In this document: in pieces, positions 51,746 to 62,101 of the stretch
How the letters are laid out: each line of letters starts with the position of its first letter
Position numbering within the stretch: position 1 is the stretch's first letter
NCBI GenBank assembly: GCA_964276515.1
Contig: OZ193909.1
Span: forward strand, 7,564,001-7,628,000
Reading direction: 5' to 3'
Length of the DNA: 64,000 bases
Origin: Gordius albopunctatus
Lineage: Eukaryota
The notes under the pieces: model-generated
Databases searched by the model: none
What the model was told of the DNA's origin: nothing
What the model saw: the letters and a program-made list of their open reading frames with translations, nothing else
Position numbers and translations under genes: made by a program

Positions 51746-52223
51746 CCACAACTCTCCGAGTGAAGGCCCGATGATAGTTGTAGAGGCTACGAATTTAATC
51801 GCACGCTACTTTCCCTTGACCCCGTCTAGGCAAATTATTATTCACGCACCCTAATAATAGCTCCTCGCTTATACTTTATCATCGCCTGACTTATTCAAAT
51901 TATTATTCACGCACCCTAATCATAAAAGTGAATACATTTAAGTATTTGAATGTCTCGCAATTCACCTTATTATACACACAAATAACCTCGCAGAGATGTG
52001 TATATAAACGCGATGTTATTAAATAAAAGTATTCATTTATTTTTCCCTTAAAACTTAACAAACCTCCCATCTCCTATAGCACCTCAAACTCCCATCTCCT
52101 ATAGCACATAGCACCTCATACCTCCCATCTCCTATAGCCGCCTATGGGTGTGCTGGTGATTGACATCCGCTTATGTTCAATATGCCTTGGAAATTATTAT
52201 ATTGGAATACTAATGAGTGCGTT

Positions 52224-52395
52224 CATGGGCGTACCCAGGTTTTGAATTAGGAGGGGGGGCAAGACGTTTAAAAGTTCATTTAGAGTGGGGCAAAACATAT
52301 TTTTTTTTAATTTTTCAATGTTTTTGCATTGAAATTTTTTTCCCGTAAATAAGGTGGGGGGCAGCCCCCCCCCCTCCCCCCTGGGTACGCCTATG
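52224..52395. mobile_element. hAT-type MITE
   Basis: TIR CATGGGCGTACCCAG...CTGGGTACGCCTATG with a degenerate 8-bp TSD (AGTGCGTT/AGTTTGTT). Confidence 0.7.
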
Positions 52396-52725
52396 AGTTT
52401 GTTAGTCTTAGTCTAACAATCTGAGAAAAGCAAAAAAAAGCAATTTTACTTATTTAATAATTAATAATTATCCATAAACTCTTAAGTAAAAGCAATATTT
52501 TATATAGTATTTTATTATTTTTCATACGAAATAATTTGATTATAAGTCCAAAAATGTGTAAATGATATAATATTATAAATTTTTTAATTTAAGTGTTATA
52601 TATTGAACATTTTATGTAGATTTCCTATTGATAAAATTTTTTTAGTTCAGTAAAAGCAGGGATGAGTTTATAATATGCAAAATTTAGATTAAGTTAAAAT
52701 TTATATTAAGCCAATGTATTACAGC

Positions 52726-53437
52726 TAGAGCCCTGCAAAATGAATTTTTTTCTGCCCGAGCCCGACGTCTCTATTTTTATTTTGCCCGAGCCCGGCCCGA
52801 GCCCGAATGACTTTTTTATTTATGGCTTGACCCGAGCCCGACCCGATTTTTCAAATAGAAAATTTTTTTAAATCTATTTAAAAATTTTTAAAATTATTTT
52901 ATACAAATAAATAATGCATTAAATTGTTATTAATCGTAATTTACAACTAGAATAAGTTTAAAATAAAATTTTCATTTTCACTCGCTACAATTTATTCAGT
53001 TAATAATTTATAACTGGGGATCTAACCTTATAAAATATTTTTTATCTGACAGTTTCAAATAAAAAACTTTTTAAAAAATTCCTTATTTAATTTCTAAAGT
53101 AATAGCTACTATGAATTTGAATTTATTTAAATACTAGAATAAGATTTGCAATTTAGGTCAAAATATTATAGACAGGGGAAAAAAGCTGAAGTTTGGAAGC
53201 TATATTGTGTATGATGTACGAAGATAATTATTTAATATCGAGTTGAGTTTGTTTAAATCATATTTTATAAAAGATTAGTTTACTTTAGTCATATCGGGCC
53301 GGGCTCGGGCCCTAAGCCGGGCCGCCTCATCAGGCCCAACCCGAGCACGAGACCCGATTGTTTCTTTAAATTCTGCCCAAACCCTGCCCGAAACCCGATC
53401 GGGTCGGGATTGGGCCGGGTCAGGTTTCGGACTCTAG
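52726..53437. mobile_element. MITE with CCCGA subterminal repeats
   Basis: TAGAGCCCTG... start and ...GGACTCTA end, with clustered GCCCGA/TCGGGC motifs at both ends. A similar left end is at 59068. Confidence 0.55.
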
Positions 53438-54387
53438 GATGCTACGGCAATGATCTGGCCAAATTTGGTGGCAATCGGTCGAGAACTTTAGGAGTTATTA
53501 GAGAACAAATAAAACGGAGTTACATTTTTATACATATAGATAGCGTGCATATGGATGATAATCTAAAACCTTTCAAATTTTAGTGTCTTGAAAAAATAAT
53601 GTGAGATCTCTTGTAAAATAGGCGTCAAATAAATTTCTTACTATTCAAATTTAATACGATTCATTATGCCAATATATTCTATGGGGCTTCTTCATTGTAA
53701 TTAGTATTGTTATATATGTCACTATGGATTCGTTGAAGACGAGCAACGAGAGGCGCGGCATTTACCAGGTGCGGGACGATAGCAAGTGAGAGACAAAATA
53801 AATCTAGGAAGAGTAACGGGAAGGACGCAAAGGAGAATAACAACTGGCGCGGGGCACACAAAGAGAGTATTATCAGAGACAATAACAACTGGTGAGTGAC
53901 AACTGGTGCAAGACACGAGAAGAAAAGAAGTGTATCCGAACGAAAGGGGGCATCGGCGAACATACATACAAGATTAATTAAAAAAATCTTCTTGAATATC
54001 ACTCGTTTTGTGGCATAATTTGTACTTGAAATAAAATATTTATCGGAAGTACGATTTATTCGAGGACGAATTATTCTCTGATCTAATTTTGGACGTACGA
54101 TTTAGTCACGGACATAATATTGGCGCCCAACGTGAAATTTATTATTTTGGAAATAATAAACCAGGATTGCAATACGAATTGGGAGGGCTGCAATTATTCG
54201 GTGAGGACAAAATAAAGGCAACAGGATTTGTAACGTATTCTGGAATACGCGTTACAACTAAGTAAGTTAATGGTAAATATTTATGTATATGTTCTCATAT
54301 TTGTACTTATTTTATTAAATTGGGCGGTAATTAAGAAAAAGTTGTGTCGATTGGTATTAAACATTTTAATTAGGTTTCTCGTGAACA

Positions 54388-54678
54388 ATGTATATTAAAC
54401 GTGAATATATAACAGATTACTATGTATATATTAGTTGTTTTTGTATAGGGCTTACGGTTAACGTCATTTTAAATTGTATAGTGGCATGCTGTAAACGGTG
54501 TGAGACATGCCGTAGAGAGAGGAGGAGAGATAGAGATTGGGTAGCTAAATGCTACAAATGTGGAGAAATAGGGCATGAAACGCGTGCATGTCCGAGAGGT
54601 GTTCCGCAGTTAATATGTTTTATATGTAGAGGGGAAGGGCATAGGGCGAGGGAATGCCCTAGGCGTGTACAAGCGTGA
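54388..54678 (+). CDS. Small protein with hydrophobic N-terminus and two CCHC zinc knuckles
   Basis: CYKCGEIGHETRAC and CFICRGEGHRAREC. Confidence 0.7.
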   Translation: MYIKREYITDYYVYISCFCIGLTVNVILNCIVACCKRCETCRRERRRDRDWVAKCYKCGEIGHETRACPRGVPQLICFICRGEGHRARECPRRVQA

Positions 54679-54726
54679 CGTTTAAGGAGCCGAGGTGGAC
54701 TCCGTGTTTGGATAAGACGGAGCGCC

Positions 54727-55578
54727 TTGTATTGTAAAGATATTTTTTGCGCGTTAATTAGATATATTAGTTTTTTTATGCGTGAGGTTTTCTGTATTAT
54801 ATTTAGTGTGTGGAAATTTTGCATAGATGTACTCCTATATGGGGTGAGACGGGGCACATTTATTTGTAAAAATATTATTAGCTTTCTCGTTTGGTATGGT
54901 AGAAGTCTATTGCATGTGATGTTTTTAATTATACTTATAATATGTAAATTTGTCATAGATACTTATATATATTGTGTACAGCAGGAGCTACGTATATATG
55001 GTAGGATGGGGAGAAGTGCCTATGAATTAGGGGCATATCTACTTAGTTCCTTTAAAAAGGTGAGTCTTAAAGTGGTGTGGGTAAGTTTGTATTTAGTCGG
55101 TGTTCTGTATAATGCCCTGATTTTAGTCGTAAATTGGAGTGTCAGTAGCACGGACAGGTGCTGGTGCATATTGTTTTGGTACTGTGTGAAATACATAGTT
55201 GTAGTAAGGAGGGCAGTTAGGAGATATAGAAAGAATAAGTTTTTTATGCTTAATAAGCGACAGCGGTGGGAAATGGTAGTTAGAGTGTTAACCCTAGGGA
55301 GAAGGGGGAGGGCTAGGTGTGGCGGGGCAAGGGGAAACAAAAGGGAAAAAAGTAAGGGGCACAATACAAGCAATATTATAATGTGTAGTGTACACTGTAA
55401 AGGAGATGTGGGATGGAAAGGGGAGGATAGTAAGGAGGTTGACTGTCCAGAAGGTGACAGACATGGTATTACTTACGCTAAAGGGTATATATTTTTCCAC
55501 TTTCACAAAAAGAAAGGGTTAGGGGGAAAGTATTTATGTTTCAGAGTATATGATCTCCTACTTATCTATCATTTTTAA
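54727..55578 (+). CDS. Hydrophobic/basic ORF of unknown function, in frame with the zinc-knuckle ORF
   Basis: 283 codons with several hydrophobic stretches and no recognisable domain. Confidence 0.35.
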   Translation: MYCKDIFCALIRYISFFMREVFCIIFSVWKFCIDVLLYGVRRGTFICKNIISFLVWYGRSLLHVMFLIILIICKFVIDTYIYCVQQELRIYGRMGRSAYELGAYLLSSFKKVSLKVVWVSLYLVGVLYNALILVVNWSVSSTDRCWCILFWYCVKYIVVVRRAVRRYRKNKFFMLNKRQRWEMVVRVLTLGRRGRARCGGARGNKREKSKGHNTSNIIMCSVHCKGDVGWKGEDSKEVDCPEGDRHGITYAKGYIFFHFHKKKGLGGKYLCFRVYDLLLIYHF

Positions 55579-57263
55579 TTGCACTATACTGCTAGCTTAC
55601 TCTATTCTACCTAACTCTTTGCTATGTGTCTGTCATTTGTATATGATCTAACTTTTTCATATTTATATCTCCTTCATTAATGATCATGTTGTGGTTACTA
55701 TACCTATTGTGGCAGAGAGCCTTTAAAAAAAAAAAAAAAAATAAAAAAAAAAAAAAAAAGGAGTAAAAACATAGAAATGTTGTGTTTCAGAAAAACAAGC
55801 GCGATGTCGCGAGAAATATGTGTGTGGAAATGTAACCCTTGTATTGCTCACTATCGCGATTTCGCAGAATATTTTGTACAAAATCGTAACATAAGAATTA
55901 TATTACGCACTTCGGGTATAAAATAATGTCGCGGAAGTGAAGAATTAATATGTATGTTGCAATATTTATATATTTGTATGCTGTATATGACTCGTTCACT
56001 AAAAAAAAAAAAAAAAAAAAAAGAATATAAAAAAAAAAAAAAAATAATAATAAAAAAAAAAATAAATTAAAAAAAAAAAAAATAAATAATGTAAAGTATC
56101 AAAGGTGAAGTGAGGTATCATTGCGATGTTGTATGTGTACTTGGATAGTATTTCGGTGTTATATCAGTTGTTTTATACGGATGGATTATAGTATTTCCGT
56201 TTTATATTAATTTTCTCATATTTCTATTGTATAATTATAGTCGTGTATGTTTACTTTATTTTTATATTCTCATATTTTTATTGTGTATTTATATTCTCAT
56301 ATTGGTATTGGATATTTTTATGCTCATTCGATGTATATAATACTTATGCCACATTGTTCGGATAGCTGTAGTGTGTTGTCGATATAAAACTGTAAAGATG
56401 TGTAACGATGGATTTGAAATATCGTTGCTGTGTTGAGATGTATATCAGGAAAGGTATATGAATATTGTAATCTTTTTATTGTGGACTTATACTCGTATAT
56501 GTTTTATGTGATGTATATATTTTCATGCTTTGTATATATTTATGTCACATCGTCGTGTAATAGTAGTGAGTTATTGAGAGAAAGCGTCTAAGGATATGTA
56601 AAGTCAAGGGGAAGTAGCAAGGTTGTATTGCTAATGTTATTACGGAAATTGTGAATATCGCTATTGTTATTACGCGGAGTGTCTGTAGAAAAATATAGTG
56701 TATTATTGTAGTCGGTGTATATCGCGCGTGGTTATTCGAGTATAAATATTTGGGAGGGGTTAGCAACCTAAAGACGGAAGCACGGCGGAACTATGTGTAT
56801 CGGCATTGGGGCAAGCAAGGAAAAAGGAAAAGAGTAAAAAAGGGAGATGTTATATATGTCACTATGGATTCGTTGAAGACGAGCAACGAGAGGCGCGGCA
56901 TTTACCAGGTGCGGGACGATAGCAAGTGAGAGACAAAATAAATCTAGGAAGAGTAACGGGAAGGACGCAAAGGAGAATAACAACTGGCGCGGGGCACACA
57001 AAGAGAGTATTATCAGAGACAATAACAACTGGTGAGTGACAACTGGTGCAAGACACGAGAAGAAAAGAAGTGTATCCGAACGAAAGGGGGCATCGGCGAA
57101 CATACATACAAGATTAATTAAAAAAATCTTCTTGAATATCACTCGTTTTGTGGCATAATTTTTACTTGAAATAAAATATTTATCGGAAGTACGATTTATT
57201 CGAGGACGAATTATTCTCTGATCTAATTTTGGACGTACGATTTAGTCACGGACATAATATTAA

Positions 57264-57674
57264 TATTATGTCCGTGACTAAATCGTAAGTCCCAAATTAG
57301 ATCAGAGAATAATTCGTCCTCGAATAAATCGTAGTTCCGATAAATATTTTATTTCAAGTACAAATTATGCCACAATACGAGTGATATTCAAGAAAATTTA
57401 TTAATTGATTTTGTCTGTGCGCCGATGTTCCCTTTTATTCGGATACACTTCTTTTCTTCTCGTGTCTTGCACCAGTTGTCATTCCTTCCACCAGTTGTTT
57501 TGCCTCTGATAATACTCTCTTTGTGTGTCCCGCGCCAGTTGTTATTCTCCTTTGCGTCCTTCCCGTTACTCTTCCTAGATTTATTTTGTCTCTCACTTGC
57601 TATCGTCCCGCACCTGGTAAATGCCGCGCCTCTCGTTGCTCGTCTTCAACGAATCCATAGTGACATATATAACA
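57264..57674 (-). mobile_element. Inverted solo LTR of the same family (diverged variant)
   Basis: Reverse complement of the 412-bp LTR with multiple substitutions and indels; separated from LTR2 by TTAA. Confidence 0.92.
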
Positions 57675-57824
57675 AGTATGTTTAATAAGAATACATATTA
57701 AGGTCAGAATTAATTAAGATTAATTAACGCTGCTTGTATCACGTATTGACAATTTAAGGGTAGATACCTTTACCTTCATTTTCGGTTTTTTTACAAATAA
57801 TATTTACCGTGCTTTGAAAGATCA

Positions 57825-58826
57825 ATGTCTGCTGATCTTATATTTGCACTATCTCTCGCGCTAGGCCTATTTATTATATTGAGCAATGCAGTCATTATCG
57901 TGTTGTATCTAACTTACAAAGATCTTAGAATCGCCAGGAATCGCATAATATTTTCCTTAGCCATCGCCGATATGGCCATAGGTATTATAGCCATTCCATT
58001 CGCGGCGCATCAATCTTGGCGCAGGGCGTGGTCATTTGCACCCGAATTATGTTATAGTCACGTCCTTTTAGATGTCATGTTTACACTGGTGAGCCAATTG
58101 ACCGTAGCCCTTACATCCATTCTAGATATGGCTTTAGTATTTGGCGGTCCCCGTTGCCAACTTTCCAGAGTATATTCTGACCGAAACGTAGCTATATTAT
58201 TGGTGCTCAGTTGGCTGGCACCCTTGTCGACAATATTAATACCCGCCATAGTACAACCGGAGGAATTAAAGCTATTTCTCGAATGGGACGCGGTACAACC
58301 AATAACCGCAAGCGTTGAAAGCGCCGGAACTAATCAAACCATCATAATTGAAGCAAATTGTTTACCCAATTTCTCAAAACGTAGATATATTGGTATCGTC
58401 ACCTTTTATTATCACGTTGGTATAGGTCTGATAGTTATCTGTTACATAGCCATATTCATAAAGCTTTGGCATAGACACGAAACGGCAGTTAACAAAGTTG
58501 CAACAGTAGCCCCAACCCACACTAATCTATCCCTATCACATACCATTATAAGTAATTATACCCCTGGGGCAACTGGGAGGTTTAAAAAAAATACACGGGC
58601 ACTTAAATTAACTTTTTTTATGGCTATTGTAGTGAGCATCTGTTACCTACCAGGATCAATAGTTTTCCTGTTAGCAGCCTTGAACGGGCCAACCATGCCT
58701 TTGTGGCTCTTTAATTTTGCTGTATGGTTTTCTTACGCCAAATCAGCTATTAACCCACTGTTGTACGGGTTCCTAAACGCAAAATTTAAAATTCATATTC
58801 AAAAAATTTTCAACAAAACTATTTAA
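57825..58826 (+). CDS. Intronless class A (rhodopsin-like) GPCR, aminergic-like
   Basis: Seven hydrophobic segments: TM1 SNAVI, TM2 SLAIAD, ECL1 WSF..LC, TM3 Asp seven residues after the Cys, TM4 SW..P, TM6 CYLP, TM7 SAINPLLYG, helix 8 F. Confidence 0.93.
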   Translation: MSADLIFALSLALGLFIILSNAVIIVLYLTYKDLRIARNRIIFSLAIADMAIGIIAIPFAAHQSWRRAWSFAPELCYSHVLLDVMFTLVSQLTVALTSILDMALVFGGPRCQLSRVYSDRNVAILLVLSWLAPLSTILIPAIVQPEELKLFLEWDAVQPITASVESAGTNQTIIIEANCLPNFSKRRYIGIVTFYYHVGIGLIVICYIAIFIKLWHRHETAVNKVATVAPTHTNLSLSHTIISNYTPGATGRFKKNTRALKLTFFMAIVVSICYLPGSIVFLLAALNGPTMPLWLFNFAVWFSYAKSAINPLLYGFLNAKFKIHIQKIFNKTI

Positions 58827-59591
58827 TATTACACTACAGGACTTTCAACCAGATACCAATGATATTTTGTTTGGAAAACATTGGTACTATGATATAAACT
58901 ATCTTGAAAATCAAATCGATTTATTAATTTCTTTGTGTACTAAATCGTTAACACGAATATTATTTGTACAAGTTTGTATTCCCTCTTACTGATAGTGACT
59001 CAACTCAACTTAATAAAATATGTTTTAACATAATTTTCTCAATTTCTAAATTGTCAAGGTGGTCTGGTAGAGATCTGCAACGGGCCGTTTTCAGAAGGTC
59101 GACCCGCCCGTACCAGTTTTCAAAACTTCAAGGCCCGTCCGGGCCCGCCCGTAATTTTTTTCCAACGATTCAGGCCCGTCCGAGCCCGTCCGTAAATTTT
59201 TCAGGCCCGTTCGTACCCGTTTAGAAAAACGTCAGGCCCGCCCCCCCCCCTTTCAAATTTTTTTAAAGAACTCCGCGCCCCGCCCCATCAAAAATTATAC
59301 AAAATTTTATATAATTTGTTGACATATTCATAAAAAAATCAATAATTATCATGTAAAAATAAGAAATCATCAATTATTTTTTCATTTAATACACCTAAAT
59401 TACTTTTAAAAAAATTCATGAGAATATTCCACTTTCAACAATTTACTTTTATTTGATTAAATTAAGTTAATAAACCTAAGAAGTTAGAATTGAGTATTAC
59501 CATAAAATTAAAATACTTTAATAAAATTACATGAGAATATTCAACTTTCAATAAGGAGTCTACATTGATTTGATTATACATAAAACATAAT

Positions 59592-61190
59592 AAAACTCGG
59601 GCCTTCGGCCCTGGTGGGAAGGGGGAGGCGGAAGGGGAGGAGGGGAAGGGAAGTGGGGAGAGAGGGGCAGGAGGGAAGGGGGAACGACTCATCTATACTC
59701 CGTATAAATGTAGCATATTTGCGATGCAATTTATGGGCGAGATTGCTTATAGGGGGTAGTAAATGAAAAATGATTAGTTAATTATTAATACAAATTTTCC
59801 ATTGAATTAAAAAAACTCGGGCCTTCGGCCCTCGTGGGAAGGGGGAGGGGGGAACGAAACTCATCTATACTCCGTATAAACGTAGCATATTTACTATGCA
59901 ATTTATGGGCTAGAAAGGTGGGAAGGGGCGAGAATGCCTATAGGGGGTATTAAATGCAAAATGATTAGATAATTATTTATACAACTTTTCCATTTAATTA
60001 AAAAAAAAATTTAACTCTCCGGGATTTGAACCCAGATCAGTAGAGGCATAGGCATTTGTAGGGGCACAGGGACCTATATCAGTAGAGGCATAGGCCCTTG
60101 TAGGGAAGGGCATAGGGTAATTATCAATGTTAACCAATTCAAAAACGAAAAAAAAAATTTCGAATCACAATCTGGCCAATGGTCATATTTTTTCAATGGT
60201 CAGTAGCCAGAAAACGGTCAAAAAGTAATATTGTCAATGGTATTAACAAGAACAAAATATTAATAAAATTAAAAAAAATAAATTTTTTTGTCCTGTCCGG
60301 GGATTGAACTCGAACCTTCAAGTCAGAAATTTAAAAGCCAGTGTAAATACGTTGGAGACTGACGGGCATAGGGAAATTATCAATATTAACATAATATACC
60401 AATTCAATCGATTTCAAAATTATCTAATCGCTTAATATTTATTAATTGCTATGCAATTTATGGGCTCGTTTTTGGTTGTCCGTCGTCTGTCCGTCGTCCA
60501 TCCACCAAGTTATTGGCGCCAGCTTTTTTTAAATTAAATTAATATATTGTTTTAACACCATTGATAATATGACTTTTTGACCGTCCGCAGGCTACTGACC
60601 ATTGAAAAAAATTACCATTGGCCAAATAAATCGAAATTTTTTGTTCGTTTTTGAATAGGTTAACATTGATAATTACCCTATACTTTTTAATAATTGCTAT
60701 GCAATTTATCTAGTTTTTGGGTTAGAATCCCGGAGTTTTTTTTGACTCTTATGATTGTTCTTGTTACTATCATTGATAATAAGACTTTTTGGCCGTCCGC
60801 TGGCTGCTGACCAATGAAAAAAATGACCATTGGCCAAAATGTGTATCCGAGTATATTTTTTCGTTTTTTTTGACTATTATGATTGTTCCTGTTCCTACCA
60901 TTGCTATTATGACTTTTTGGCCGTCCGCTGGCTGCTGACCAATGGAATAAAATGACCATTGGCCAAAATGTGATTCGAAAATTTTTTTTTCGTTTTTTTT
61001 GACTGTTATGAATTTATATCCACTTTTACCGTGTCCTGGCTGCTGACCAATGGAAAAAAATGACCATTGGCCAAAATGTGAATCGAAATTATTTTTTCCG
61101 TTTTTTTGACTATTATGATTGTTCCTGTTCCTACCATTCCTATTATGACTTTTTGGCCGTCCGCTGGCTGCTGACCAATGGAATAAAATA
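59592..61190. repeat. Cluster of partial Helentron/HINE-like copies in both orientations
   Basis: Terminal hairpins at ~59594 and ~59815, subTIR-bearing ends at ~60445 and ~60693, and ~120-bp GGCTGCTGACCAATG..GACCATTGGCCAAA units. Confidence 0.65.
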
Positions 61191-62101
61191 TTTATATAAC
61201 GCTGTATTTTTTAAAACTCCTATTTTTTATTAAATGAAACTATAAACTACTATAAAAATCGTATGCGAGGTAAACATTCGAAAATTGGGAAACTTTTTTC
61301 ATTAAACAGAAAATCGGAATCATTATTTGTCATTTTAACGCTGTATTGTAATTTTTTAGCACATAAAGTATTTATAATTTAGGATGGGCAGAGTGGAATG
61401 AAAAAAACTTTTTGCTCATTAAATGTAAAATAAAATACTATAAATCACTTTACCATTTTAATATGTAAAGTATATAAAATTAAGATTTAACTCTAGCCCT
61501 GCATTTTATAAATTTTTCACTTTTAATTATTTTAAATTCGAGCGATTAATTTGTAAAAGTTAATCCGCTAAACGCTATTTAACCATGTCAAAAATTGTAA
61601 TATAACGTCAAAAAAAATTTGAAGTAAATATTTTTGAATATGAATATATATCATTCCTCAGATCTAAATTATTTAATAATATGTCCACATTTATGTTTTT
61701 TCTAAAATTTTATTTTTAAATCTAGCTAAGCAATAGTTATAACAAAATTCCTTAGATGCTGAATTTATAAAAGGTTAAAAATTATAGCTCGAAGTCGAAC
61801 AAATATTTATTTTTTCTTAAAGCTTTATAATCGAGAATCTCTGTCCTATATTTTTCTTAACCTTTTCCATGAATATTAATAAAATAAATCATTCTCGGTC
61901 TTACGATTAACTGTACGGTTGTAAAACGACATAAAACACATTTCAGCATGAAACTTACCAAATGTGGCATAACAAGGCAATTTACAAATGGTGGAGACGA
62001 AAGCACATGGGGATAACACATAAAATTAGCAGTAAAAGTTCCTGAGCTAATAATAATTTAATAAAAAGTGCTAGCGTCGCCTATTGCCAATTCTTATTAG
62101 T

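Larger units (their letters stand above)
47520..52060 (+). mobile_element. Gypsy LTR retrotransposon, CsRn1-like, copy B (full length)
   Basis: LTRs 47520-47801 and 51779-52060, 4-bp TSD AACC, tRNA-Trp PBS, gag to 48615, pol 48627-51745. Confidence 0.97.
53708..57259 (+). mobile_element. Non-autonomous LTR retroelement (no PR/RT/IN)
   Basis: 412-bp LTRs 53708-54119 and 56848-57259 (one substitution seen), PBS TGGCGCCCAACGTG at 54121 (tRNA-Lys type), long PPT 56817-56847 and an internal zinc-knuckle ORF. Confidence 0.92.

Noticed and set aside
51760..51780. CCGATGA, resembling the hammerhead CUGAUGA core
   Set aside because: Core mismatch, and no GAAA or three-stem arrangement.
53679..54002. 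Hydrophobic antisense ORF repeated in all three LTRs
   Set aside because: Explained by the purine-rich LTR strand; stop codons lie in variable flanking DNA.
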